Part shown: in pieces, positions 19,201 through 27,150 of the stretch | Position numbering within the stretch: the stretch's first letter is position 1 | Layout of the letters: every line of letters begins with the position of its first letter | Program-made: the position numbers and the translations under genes | Source: Thermoflexia bacterium | Lineage (GTDB): Bacteria; Chloroflexota; Anaerolineae; B4-G1; SLSP01 | Reading direction: 5' to 3' | DNA length: 64,000 nt | Assembly (NCBI GenBank): GCA_011192175.1 | Contig: DUEJ01000001.1 | Location: 3,090-67,089, forward strand | Notes under the pieces: model-generated | Seen by the model: the letters and a program-made list of their open reading frames with translations, nothing else | Told to the model about the DNA's origin: nothing | Databases searched by the model: none

Positions 19201-21388
19201 GCACCAGGTCTACCACCAATCCCAGCAATTCGTCGGGGGTGGTGCGCTCACTGGCAGCAAAGGTGACGCGCCGGCTGGCCTCCAGCTCCCGGGTGCGCTC
19301 GGTCAGGTTCTCGGCCGTCTCGCGCAACGCGCCGACCGTCTCGCGCAGGCGGGTGGTCATGACGCCAAAGGCATTGGTGAGCACGCCGATCTCGTTACTG
19401 CTCGTCGAGTGAGCCACGGTCACGGCCAGATCGCCGCCGGCAATCGCCACCGCGCTCTCCGTCAATCCGGCGATCGGTTTGACCAGCCGCCCGGCGATCA
19501 GCGAGCCGACCCCGGCGGCGACGACAGCCGTCACGCCCAGGAGTACCAGGCTTAGGGTGATGATAAAGGTAGCGATAGAAGCGACGTTGGACAGGGCCTC
19601 GCTCTCGTCAATCTCAGCGATGACAGCCCACACAACTCCCTTTGGATCGTCAGAATCCGGCTCGTCCAGGACGAGCGGTTCCCAGGAGCTCAATACGCGC
19701 ACGCCCCGGTAGTTCTCAATACTCCGCGTGCCGGATTCGCGAGCCAGAGCGGAGAGTGAGGCCTCTGTGCGCACGGGCGTCTCGGTGTTCAAGACGGTGC
19801 TTTCAACCCCCAGTTGATCCAAGAAACGCGAGTTGCTGCGCCACATCTTGTCCAACCCTACCAGGTAGGTCTCGCCGGTCTCGCCCAGCCCGGCGCCCGC
19901 CTGCACAACGGCGCTGATCTGATCCAGCGGCAGGCGTGCAGCCACGATCAGTTCCAACTTATCGCCATGCATCACCGGCGCAGCGACAAAGGCAGCCGGC
20001 GCGTCCTGAATGGGCGCATACCGCGCAAAGTCAGTCATACTGGGCTTTTGTGACTCGACAATCTCCGCCAGCATCTGTCCCAGGTTAGAGTCTTGGTAGG
20101 GGCCGGTCAGTAGGTTAGTATGATAGTCTGGCTCGTGTTTGACGCTGTAAAAGAGAAAGCCGTCCGAGGAAAAGAGGTACAGGTCAGGGTAACCGCGCGT
20201 CTCTGCGTAGCGCTGAAAATAGTCCTGCTCCTCACCCGGTATTTGGGGAATAAGCGCATTTTTCAGTGGCATGCGAGAGACGATGGCCCAGTTCAGGCCC
20301 ACGACACCGACATTCACCGGCGCATAGGAGGCGAGCATCTGTAAGCCCGTGCCTCCGATGAGAATCTCCGTGTCAGTTTCCCCACTCAACGCGTTCCGCA
20401 CGGACTGCGGCGCTATGTCGCTCAGGTCATACCCAATGACGAATTTGCCACCGCCCACGGTGAGCCGGTCGTTGCGAAAGGTGATGCGCCCATCGGGTTC
20501 CTGGGCAACCAGAAAAGTCTCGCCGGTCTCGGGCAGGCCAGTGTGTTGCTGGACGATGGCATTGAGTTTAGTCGCCGGGAGTTGGATGGCGACGACGCCG
20601 ACCGTGCCGGTGATGTTCTCGACCGCGTAGGCGACGAACGCGGCTACCTCGTTGCCCAGTGGCGCGTAGGGCGCAAAATCCGCGAACGCGAGCTCTTGCT
20701 CACTGGCCATCGCGCTCTGGAAAACGCGCCCTAGCCCCGAATCTTTGAGGTCGCCCCGCAGCACGTTCTCTCCCAGGACAGCGGGGCCAGATACGGTGTA
20801 GACGACGTCGCCGCTAGCGGCGATGAGCAAGATGTCGGCAAACCCAAAGTCAGTGTTCGCATTCTGAAAGACAGGGTTGAACTCTTCGTAGGCCGCCGTC
20901 CACTGCGGCCCGCCTGTTCTTCTATCCTCGGCCATAAACGCTTCCTCGAGTTCCCAGATGGCGCGGACTGTGGTGGGGTTATCTTTGAGCGCGTGTACCA
21001 CGCCGAACGTTGTCTGAAAGTAATCCTCGATCCGGCTTTGCTTGGTCTCGCGCGCGGCGGTGACGTGATCGAGCGCGTCGTGGTACAGCGCGTACGTCGA
21101 GTCGGCCAGCACGGTTATGTCATTCTCGCGCGCGGCGAAATAGTCGGCGATCTCGCTGGCCTCGCTTTCGCGAACAGAGGTCAGGTGAGCAAAGGCCTCC
21201 TCCGTCATGGCAGTCCGCACCTGGCGAGAGACAAATATGCCCAGCGTAACCGCGACGATCACCAGGGGCACGACGGCCATCAGGATCGTGATAGCGCTAT
21301 ACTGCACCCGTAGCGACGTGCTAAAACGCTGGAACAGATTACCCTGGCTGGCTTCTTTGGCGGTAGAAGGATTGTTATTCTTTTTCAT
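16286..21388 (-). CDS. Membrane sensor histidine kinase (TM-2xCache-TM-HAMP-GAF-GAF-PAS-PAS-GAF-HisKA-HATPase)
   Basis: Two TM helices; duplicated GETGETxLV extracellular module; three FMPNPLLPxTxSExxVPL GAF repeats; two RDITERK PAS ends; NMSHELRTPLN, DTGIGI, GTGLGL. Confidence 0.93.
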   Translation of the reverse strand: MKKNNNPSTAKEASQGNLFQRFSTSLRVQYSAITILMAVVPLVIVAVTLGIFVSRQVRTAMTEEAFAHLTSVRESEASEIADYFAARENDITVLADSTYALYHDALDHVTAARETKQSRIEDYFQTTFGVVHALKDNPTTVRAIWELEEAFMAEDRRTGGPQWTAAYEEFNPVFQNANTDFGFADILLIAASGDVVYTVSGPAVLGENVLRGDLKDSGLGRVFQSAMASEQELAFADFAPYAPLGNEVAAFVAYAVENITGTVGVVAIQLPATKLNAIVQQHTGLPETGETFLVAQEPDGRITFRNDRLTVGGGKFVIGYDLSDIAPQSVRNALSGETDTEILIGGTGLQMLASYAPVNVGVVGLNWAIVSRMPLKNALIPQIPGEEQDYFQRYAETRGYPDLYLFSSDGFLFYSVKHEPDYHTNLLTGPYQDSNLGQMLAEIVESQKPSMTDFARYAPIQDAPAAFVAAPVMHGDKLELIVAARLPLDQISAVVQAGAGLGETGETYLVGLDKMWRSNSRFLDQLGVESTVLNTETPVRTEASLSALARESGTRSIENYRGVRVLSSWEPLVLDEPDSDDPKGVVWAVIAEIDESEALSNVASIATFIITLSLVLLGVTAVVAAGVGSLIAGRLVKPIAGLTESAVAIAGGDLAVTVAHSTSSNEIGVLTNAFGVMTTRLRETVGALRETAENLTERTRELEASRRVTFAASERTTPDELLGLVVDLVRDQFDLYHVQIYLVDKERDAAVLRQSTGYAGRQLLQKKHQIPLEATSLVTKAIHTGEPVLVDDTSTAPNFMPNPLLPETRSELVVPLRVGDEALGVLDAQARSPGRFTSHTVELFQAMVDQVSFLLENSELLERITEQQESLTVFTTQLRTVAEIARRIGTILDTEELLQQVVELLRSRFGLYHAHIYLLNKETRQLVVQAGSGEVGRVLCERGHQIPLEREKSLVARAARGQAPALVTDTTLDSDFMPNPLLPQTRSELAVPLIAGGEVLGVMDLQDDQLGRFAEKDVDTYLILAGQLATALQNAQAFEAQQRAEKQILIFQTMAETSNDAIVMVDPGDNQVLYANPAARELYGDIEMTTHLGTEFWREEDLPYLAETVLPQTLATGWQGDVFQKRLDDGTVFEANATVFMIRDATETPTHMVVMVRDITERKAREEDLLRLNSAVEQVGDGIALIDLEGNILFVNSAWAKMHGYDNPTTLMGKPLSIFHTAEQLEEEVVAFNEQAMAQGSHQGEVGHVTRDGQTFPTLMTTTIIKNEAGQLVGLIGTVRDITERKEAEAERERFTRQLRTAADIAGQVSEILDPDKLLNTVIPLLKERFNLYYAHVYTLEEETLKLRAGYGEPGAKMLAVGHNIPLAHPASLVAQAARNREIVVVDDVTTNPRFMPNPLLPDTKSEVAVPLVAGEQVLGVFDVQHDQVNYFTQADLDVFSTLAGQLATALQNADFVEELRQTTERLREVDRLKSEFLANMSHELRTPLNSIIGYAEIMMMGIDGSLDDETLKDVQAIYENGQHLLNMINDILDLAKIEARQMTLNLAENVNVAQVLADLETSNASLFATSPVEFLIEIEDDLPLIRADRVRLHQILNNLVGNSEKFTETGYVKVRAYQQSRRWLCIAVEDTGIGISAADQVKIFDRFRQADGSSTRQVEGTGLGLSITKQLIQMHSGRIEVESALGAGSTFTVWLPLET

Positions 21389-21423
21389 CGTTAAGCCTCC
21401 GAATTAGTGAAACGTAAAGCGTG

Positions 21424-21452
21424 ATGCGTACTTGGTCACTTGCAAACTTGCT
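21424..21452. repeat. Octamer-based direct repeat, left flank of two-gene cassette
   Basis: atgcgtacttggtcacttgcaaacttgct; 23/29 identical to 22234-22262. Confidence 0.7.
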
Positions 21453-21820
21453 CAAGCGCGCGCTCCCAAACTCAATTCTGCCGGCTGGAACTGAGCCGGT
21501 ATAGTTGGTAATTCCGTAAAAACCGGCAATCGGGCCACAATATCCAGATACCACCACCACTGCGCGAAAGTGACGTTTTGATTATGGCGCCAACTAGCCA
21601 AGTCAGCCATGCGGTCAATAGATTCGTAAAACCGTTTAGCCTGACGGAAAAGATCTTTATCCGCTTTCAAAAGGCGTTGGCGTTGTGCCCCGGTCAGATG
21701 CGGCTCACCGACCTCGATCTCGCTCCGTCGCATCAACATGTGCAAATGTTCCATGCCGCTCACATCGGGGAACTCTACATCAACTTCATACGCAGTCAGC
21801 AGTTCTTCATAGTTTGTCAT
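21452..21820 (-). CDS. Hypothetical helical protein with WWWYLD motif (putative antitoxin/immunity protein)
   Basis: 122-aa ORF with RBS gaggt, overlapping the upstream ORF by 14 nt. Function is inferred. Confidence 0.6.
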   Translation of the reverse strand: MTNYEELLTAYEVDVEFPDVSGMEHLHMLMRRSEIEVGEPHLTGAQRQRLLKADKDLFRQAKRFYESIDRMADLASWRHNQNVTFAQWWWYLDIVARLPVFTELPTIPAQFQPAELSLGARA

Positions 21821-22178
21821 ATTCTACCTCACTTAAAGATCCGAATTTTTCAAATCCAGGTTGTTTCAAATAGTCTGGAACGTCAATTACAAACGCGGTT
21901 TCTAGTACCCCTTCCAGGTTAAACATTACCAGCCACAGGCGATTTTGCACTGTAGCTACAACTACCATGTAAGGTGTGCGGTTGTACCAATAAAGATAGA
22001 CTTGCGCCGCTCCATCGTTCAACACCGTCAGAATTATTCGCTCATAGTCTTCAAGTGTAGCGTCATGGGACAAATGTCCTTGCCGTTTGCGCTTGTAGAG
22101 ATGGCGCGCTGCACTGTAAAGTTTCCAATGCACGGCTGATTGTGCTATCCGTATAGCTTGCGATATCCAAGTCGGCAT
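21807..22178 (-). CDS. Hypothetical protein, putative BECR-fold (RelE/colicin-like) RNase toxin
   Basis: 123 aa; HLYKR...GH helix followed by beta meander (VYLYW, MVVVA, WLVMF, LETAF). Fold is inferred. Confidence 0.55.
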   Translation of the reverse strand: MPTWISQAIRIAQSAVHWKLYSAARHLYKRKRQGHLSHDATLEDYERIILTVLNDGAAQVYLYWYNRTPYMVVVATVQNRLWLVMFNLEGVLETAFVIDVPDYLKQPGFEKFGSLSEVEYDKL

Positions 22179-22233
22179 GTTTCCCTTTCCTATTCCCGGC
22201 TCAAGGCTCGGTCAGGAGACCGAGCCCAACATA

Positions 22234-22262
22234 ATGCGTACTTGCCTACTTGCTCGCTTGCT
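22234..22262. repeat. Octamer-based direct repeat, right flank of two-gene cassette
   Basis: atgcgtacttgcctacttgctcgcttgct, abutting the SBP stop codon; palindrome gctcggtcaggagaccgagc at 22206-22225 next to it. Confidence 0.7.
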
Positions 22263-23047
22263 TACTCCACATCAGACAAACCATATTTGTTGAACAGTCT
22301 CTGCCCAGCGTCTGAGGCAACATACGCCATGAACTTGCGGGCCAGTTCGGGAGATTCAGATGTGCTGAGCAGTCCCAGGACGAGTTTTTTCTTGACGGCG
22401 TATTCTGCGCTGATGGGCAAGGCGTCAACGTAGGGTGCGTTTTCGGGCCAGGTGGAAGTCGCGTACCAGTTGACGATCAGATCGGCCTCGCCATTTTTGA
22501 GTGCGTCCGTCAACTCTGTCGCATTTGCTGCCAGACTCTGGACGTTGCCCATCGCCTGATCCAAAATACCCATGTTGGCGAGTATCTTTTGCGTCTCTCT
22601 GCCCACACTCGCTGTATCTGGGTCAGCCAGGAACAGAACATAATCTTCATTAGTGAAGCTGGTGGAATCCGCTGTAATCCCTAGTGGATTGCCCTCGGCT
22701 ACTATCATCGCGGCCTTGTTATAGCCCACGAGGACCGTTTCGATGACCAGGTCTTGCGCAAGACAAGTCACGATGTAAGAGTCGTCCCCCGGCAGATATA
22801 GATCTCCGACCCGGTCGGTCTGAATCGTTTCCAACAAATTCCCCGAACCGCCGGCTTTAATAGTTATGGTGCAGTTTTCCTCTTTCTCAATGATAGTGGC
22901 GATCTCTTCCATTGGCTGCATCATCGTTACGCCGCAGTAGATGAGGAGTTCTCTTTTCTCGGCTGTGGCGGGTTGTTGATCGCAACCCGCTAGTAACGTG
23001 GCCGCGCTCATCAATAATACCACTACTAGAATTGTATACCGTTTCAT
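22262..23047 (-). CDS. Extracellular substrate-binding lipoprotein (ModA/SBP_bac_11-like)
   Basis: Lipobox LAGC, IYCGVTM, GGSGNL, GDLYLPG. No permease or ATPase genes adjacent. Confidence 0.8.
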   Translation of the reverse strand: MKRYTILVVVLLMSAATLLAGCDQQPATAEKRELLIYCGVTMMQPMEEIATIIEKEENCTITIKAGGSGNLLETIQTDRVGDLYLPGDDSYIVTCLAQDLVIETVLVGYNKAAMIVAEGNPLGITADSTSFTNEDYVLFLADPDTASVGRETQKILANMGILDQAMGNVQSLAANATELTDALKNGEADLIVNWYATSTWPENAPYVDALPISAEYAVKKKLVLGLLSTSESPELARKFMAYVASDAGQRLFNKYGLSDVE

Positions 23048-23088
23048 CTTCAGCTCCTTAAATCTATAAGTTATTTCGCTTGCGCCCC

Positions 23089-23460
23089 TTAATCGTGCTG
23101 TTGAGTTAGCCGCTGGCAGAATGTGACCAGCGTGGGAATGGATACCGGTTTTTCCAGGTATAAATCCACCCCGATCTCCAAACAGCTCTCGTGATAACTG
23201 GCGTCAGCGGAGACCACGATGATTTTAGCGCCCGCTTGGTGCAGTTGAGGAGTTACTTGTTGTAGTAGGGGGATTGCGCGCTCGTGTCCTAAATGGATAT
23301 CGCAGAGAAAAAGAGCGAACGCTTCTCGTGCCAAGAGTTCTTGGGCCTCGGATATCGTGCTGACAACTGTGACCCGAAAGCCGAAGTTTCGCAACGCCTT
23401 GTAGTAGAGGCGTTGAATATCGGCTTCATCTTCGGCGATTAGAATTGCAGGAGGAACCAC
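23089..23460 (-). CDS. Single-domain response regulator
   Basis: IAEDE, LCDIHL, VVSAD, LEKP. Confidence 0.85.
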   Translation of the reverse strand: MVPPAILIAEDEADIQRLYYKALRNFGFRVTVVSTISEAQELLAREAFALFLCDIHLGHERAIPLLQQVTPQLHQAGAKIIVVSADASYHESCLEIGVDLYLEKPVSIPTLVTFCQRLTQQHD

Positions 23461-23796
23461 TGAATAAATCCTCTCTCATTTGCGACTTATAGCTCTTCTG
23501 GAATTCGCGGGGTCGAGTTAAAATTAACCCCGACTTATCAAAGCAACTCTACCTTATAGCTAAAAAGTGTGATTGTCAAATGCCTACCTAAAATTTATAC
23601 ACTCTCAAAATAGAAGCGTTAATAGAGTTAGGTTGGATTCTAACCCTTTGTTTGGTTAAAGTCAAGTAAGAATTATTACAGAATAGTAACGGGTAAAGAA
23701 ATATCGGATTTGCATCTAGCGACTTTGTAGTTGCCCTACAGGCTTAGAAAATCCCCGCGCTACAGGCTGCATCCAGCTTGCAGCCTGTCTAGATGG

Positions 23797-23881
23797 TTGA
23801 CAAATTTTGGTAGTTGTGTATACTCATCGCTGCTAACGGAATGGGCAACCCCTTTGACCCGTCTAAGCTGCGTGTTATAAT
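23797..23881 (+). promoter_or_regulatory. Tandem sigma70-type promoters for the tRNA/ribosomal-protein operon
   Basis: ttgaca(23797)-16-tatact(23819) and ttgacc(23854)-16-tataat(23876); the second ends 8 nt before tRNA-Thr. Confidence 0.65.
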
Positions 23882-23889
23882 AGGCGTGC

Positions 23890-23961
23890 GCCGACGTAGC
23901 TCAACGGATGAGCTTCCGCCTTGTAAGCGGAGGGGTGTGGGTTCGATTCCCACCGTCGGCT
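23890..23961 (+). tRNA. tRNA-Thr(TGT)
   Basis: Acceptor gccgacg/cgtcggc, anticodon loop cttgtaa, T-loop gttcgattc. Confidence 0.93.
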
Positions 23962-23967
23962 TTTGGG

Positions 23968-24049
23968 GGGCAGATACCCTAGTGGACAAAGGGGGCTGAC
24001 TGTAAATCAGCTGGCAACGCCTTCGGTGGTTCGAATCCGCCTCTGCCCA
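23968..24049 (+). tRNA. tRNA-Tyr(GTA)
   Basis: Acceptor gggcaga/tctgccc, loop ctgtaaa, long variable arm, gttcgaatc. Confidence 0.95.
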
Positions 24050-24060
24050 TCTTTTTTTAT

Positions 24061-24133
24061 GCCCATGTAGCTCAGTTGGTAGAGCACATTCTTGGTAAGA
24101 ATGGGGTCCTCGGTTCAAATCCGAGCATGGGCT
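24061..24133 (+). tRNA. tRNA-Thr(GGT)
   Basis: Acceptor gcccatg/catgggc, anticodon arm cattc-ttggtaa-gaatg. Confidence 0.95.
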
Positions 24134-24181
24134 TGGGGAATTTGGCTCCTTCAGGAAATCTACAGAGTATATAGAGGTATC

Positions 24182-24352
24182 ATGGCTAAAAAGAAAAAAT
24201 CTGCTAGGCCCAGCATTACACTCGCGTGTACGGTGTGCAAGGAACAGAACTATCTGACCGAGAAGAATCGCCATAATGATCGTGGTCGTTTGGAATTAAA
24301 ACGGTATTGCTCACGCTGCCGACAGCATACTTTGCACCGCGAAACTAAATAG
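24182..24352 (+). CDS. rpmG: 50S ribosomal protein L33
   Basis: [18 protein letters not shown]...[20 protein letters not shown] (Zn-binding form); ATG 24182. Confidence 0.95.
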   Translation: MAKKKKSARPSITLACTVCKEQNYLTEKNRHNDRGRLELKRYCSRCRQHTLHRETK

Positions 24353-24365
24353 TTAGTTAGATCGT

Positions 24366-24439
24366 AGGCGAGTAGCTCAATTAGGGAGAGCAACGGTCTC
24401 CAAAACCGTAGGTTACGGGTTCAATTCCTGTCTCGCCTG
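24366..24439 (+). tRNA. tRNA-Trp(CCA)
   Basis: Acceptor aggcgag/ctcgcct, anticodon arm acggt-ctccaaa-accgt; usual position before secE. Confidence 0.95.
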
Positions 24440-24515
24440 CCTATTCACTGAGACACCGTCAATTAAAGACGGTGTCTCTATACTGTAAGGGGATTTGAGC
24501 GCACGGAGGATAGAG

Positions 24516-24815
24516 ATGGCTGACCGAAAAAATAAACAGAAATCAGGAAATGCAATCATCCGTTATTTTCGGGAGACCCGCGTTGAGTTGCGTAAGGTGC
24601 GCTGGCCTAGTCGCAAAGAAGCTTGGCGGCTTACTAAAGTGGTGGGGCTAGTGACTCTGGGAATGGCTGTGCTATTAGGTGTCATGGATCTCTTCTTCGG
24701 ATGGATGCTGAGAGGCGTTATCTCTCAGAACGTACTCTTCATGGTGTTAGGGGCAATTGTAGCTGCGGCTTTGACCATCGCGACCATCATGGTTGGACAA
24801 GTAGACGAGGCTTGA
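24516..24815 (+). CDS. secE: Preprotein translocase subunit SecE
   Basis: YFRETRVELRKVRWPSR plus TM helices; ATG 24516 after ggagga. Confidence 0.93.
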   Translation: MADRKNKQKSGNAIIRYFRETRVELRKVRWPSRKEAWRLTKVVGLVTLGMAVLLGVMDLFFGWMLRGVISQNVLFMVLGAIVAAALTIATIMVGQVDEA

Positions 24816-24822
24816 GCGAGTC

Positions 24823-25701
24823 ATGTTAGAAGAACGTTCTCTGGAAAAAGTAGTAGAAGTAAATACTGAGATGGACGAGCTGCGCACATCAAGTTTAGAT
24901 GTGCCTCTCTCTCCAGAGGAGCTGTTGAGCCGTTTTGAGATGGATACCGAGGTTGAGGAAGAACCAAGTGTAGGGATTGCTCCTCCGGAAGCCGCGCCGG
25001 AGAGTGCCGAGCCGGTGGTTATCGCTGCCGCGCCCATATTCGAGCCGGAACCGGAAGAAATCTCGCCGCCAGAGGAAGACCTATCCCCCTTAGAACTTCA
25101 AGAGCGTTTGCTCCAGGAAATACCGGCTGGTGATCTACTGCCTGACCCTTTCGCCGACGAAGTGCAGCCAGCTATTAAGCTGAAAGATTGGTTTGTGATA
25201 CATTGTTATTCCGGTTCGGAGCAGAAAGTGCAACACAACCTACAACAACGGGTCGAATCAATGGGGATGCAGGATAGCGTTTACCAGGTAGTTGTCCCTA
25301 CCGTTGAAGAAATCGAGATTAAAAATGGTGAACGACAGACGGTAGAGCGGTGCCTCTATCCAGGTTATATTATAGTCCAGATGATTTATACCGAAGATGC
25401 CTGGTACATGGTGCGCAACACACCGGGTGTTACCGGGTTTGTAGGAACGGGCCATAAGCCAGTTCCGTTACACCGCGAGCAGGTGAAATCAATCTTACAT
25501 CGTATGGAAGAAGAGTCTCCGCGGCTGCGGACTACGTTCACGATTAACGAGAAGGTGCGGATTATAGAAGGCCCCTTCGTTGATTTCATTGGGGCAGTGC
25601 AAGACGTTGACGAAGCGCGGGCGAAATTACATGTGTTGGTCTCCTTCTTTGGCCGTGAGACCCCGGTGGAATTAGATTTCTTACAAATTGAAAAAGCGTA
25701 A
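24823..25701 (+). CDS. nusG: Transcription termination/antitermination factor NusG with acidic N-terminal extension
   Basis: WFVIHCYSGSE, YPGYI, VRNTPGVTGFVG, KOW GPFVDFIG, FFGRETPVELDF. Confidence 0.95.
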   Translation: MLEERSLEKVVEVNTEMDELRTSSLDVPLSPEELLSRFEMDTEVEEEPSVGIAPPEAAPESAEPVVIAAAPIFEPEPEEISPPEEDLSPLELQERLLQEIPAGDLLPDPFADEVQPAIKLKDWFVIHCYSGSEQKVQHNLQQRVESMGMQDSVYQVVVPTVEEIEIKNGERQTVERCLYPGYIIVQMIYTEDAWYMVRNTPGVTGFVGTGHKPVPLHREQVKSILHRMEEESPRLRTTFTINEKVRIIEGPFVDFIGAVQDVDEARAKLHVLVSFFGRETPVELDFLQIEKA

Positions 25702-25766
25702 TATAAAATAATTATTTAGCGAGGTTTCTTGTAAACTTCGGATAAGATTTAAGGGAGTTTAGGAAG

Positions 25767-26198
25767 ATGGCAAAGAAAAAAAAGGTGAAGGCAGTAGTAA
25801 AATTGCAGATCCCGGCTGGTCAAGCCAATCCTGCCCCGCCCATTGGCCCTGCTTTGGCGCAACATGGTATTAATTTGATGGGTTTCTGCAAGCAATACAA
25901 CGCCAAAACGAGTCATATGGCAGGGAACATCATCCCCGCCGAGATCACTATCTATCGAGATTCATCTTTTGATTTCATTCTCAAGACCCCTCCGACCGCT
26001 GATTTGCTACGCAAAGCAGCAGGAATATCCAAGGGTTCCTCAAAGCCAAATCAAGATAAGGTGGGGAGTGTAACCTTCCAGCAGGTACGGGAGATCGCGG
26101 AGCGGAAGATGAAGGACCTCAATGCGCATGATATTGAGGCCGCGGAACGGATGATTGCTGGTACAGCCCGCAGTATGGGCGTGCTGATCAAAGAGTAA
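25767..26198 (+). CDS. rplK: 50S ribosomal protein L11
   Basis: [26 protein letters not shown]. Confidence 0.97.
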   Translation: MAKKKKVKAVVKLQIPAGQANPAPPIGPALAQHGINLMGFCKQYNAKTSHMAGNIIPAEITIYRDSSFDFILKTPPTADLLRKAAGISKGSSKPNQDKVGSVTFQQVREIAERKMKDLNAHDIEAAERMIAGTARSMGVLIKE

Positions 26199-26210
26199 AT
26201 TATAACTAGC

Positions 26211-26241
26211 GTGGGAGGGTTTAATCGCCCGCTAATACCAC
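26211..26241 (+). promoter_or_regulatory. Putative L1-binding autoregulatory hairpin
   Basis: gtgggagg...ccgctaataccac immediately before the rplA RBS, resembling known rplK-rplA intergenic L1 sites. Confidence 0.6.
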
Positions 26242-26253
26242 AAGGAGTATAAA

Positions 26254-26967
26254 ATGACAAAACATGGAAAAAAATATCTAGCCATGCTAGAGAGGGTTGA
26301 GCGTGAGCGGGAATACGGTCTGGAAGAGGCTGTTAATCTAGTAAAAGAGATAAGTTACGCCAATTTCGACGCGACGGTTGAGCTGCACGTGCGCACAGGC
26401 TTGGACCCGCGTCATGCAGCTCAACAAATCCGCGGGATGGTGCAGTTGCCACACGGGTTAGGGACTACCGTGCGGGTGGTGGTTTTCGCTACCCCGGACG
26501 TTCAAGCTAGCGCTGAAGAAGCCGGGGCTGATCATGTTATCACTGGTGATGAGGGTATCCAACGGATTATGGATGGTTGGACAGACTTTGATGTAACCAT
26601 TGCCATACCGCAAATGATGGCGAAAGTTGGTCGCTTAGGTCGTGTATTAGGGCCGCGGGGCTTGATGCCCAATCCCAAGACCGGCACCATGGTCCCCGCT
26701 GATGATTTAGCAGCGGCAATTAAGGCTTCTAAGGCTGGACAGGTTGAGTATCGGCTAGATCGTTCAGGGAACCTACATTTCCCTATCGGGAAGGTTAGTT
26801 TCTCCACCGAACAATTATTGGGGAATATGGCTGCCATTATGTCAACTTTGCGACGTGTCCGCCCCGCAGCAATTAACAAGGTAACATACATACGACGCGT
26901 AACCCTGGCTCCTACGATGGGGCCTGGCATCAAAGTTGAGCCGTTAGTCGCCCTGGCGATGGAGTAA
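26254..26967 (+). CDS. rplA: 50S ribosomal protein L1
   Basis: LGRVLGPRGLMPNPKTGT, PTMGPGIKV. Confidence 0.97.
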   Translation: MTKHGKKYLAMLERVEREREYGLEEAVNLVKEISYANFDATVELHVRTGLDPRHAAQQIRGMVQLPHGLGTTVRVVVFATPDVQASAEEAGADHVITGDEGIQRIMDGWTDFDVTIAIPQMMAKVGRLGRVLGPRGLMPNPKTGTMVPADDLAAAIKASKAGQVEYRLDRSGNLHFPIGKVSFSTEQLLGNMAAIMSTLRRVRPAAINKVTYIRRVTLAPTMGPGIKVEPLVALAME

Positions 26968-27004
26968 ACCTAACTAGTAACATTACTAAAAGTTCAAATC
27001 CCTG

Positions 27005-27117
27005 TTTGCCGAAGATAGCAGGAGTGTTAATACACTTAATTACCTGCCGAGGCAAGGACAGATAACCGAGTGTAAAAACTGGTCCTTGTGTCGGTAGACA
27101 TGGGGCCAGTTTTTTTG
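27005..27117 (+). promoter_or_regulatory. L10 leader with terminator-like hairpin
   Basis: ccgaagatagcagg...cctgccgagg core, then aaaaactggtcc...ggggccagttttttt, upstream of rplJ. Confidence 0.8.
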
Positions 27118-27150
27118 TAGCTTAAGATCGATAAAAGGAGGTGAGAGAGA

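Noticed and set aside
22262..23047. modA of a molybdate ABC transporter
   Set aside because: No modB or modC adjacent and the ligand cannot be determined; the context suggests a sensory role, so no symbol was given.
23789..24274. ORFs 23789-24274, 23814-23999 and the 5' part of 24092-24352
   Set aside because: They overlap tRNA genes; only rpmG from 24182 is credible.
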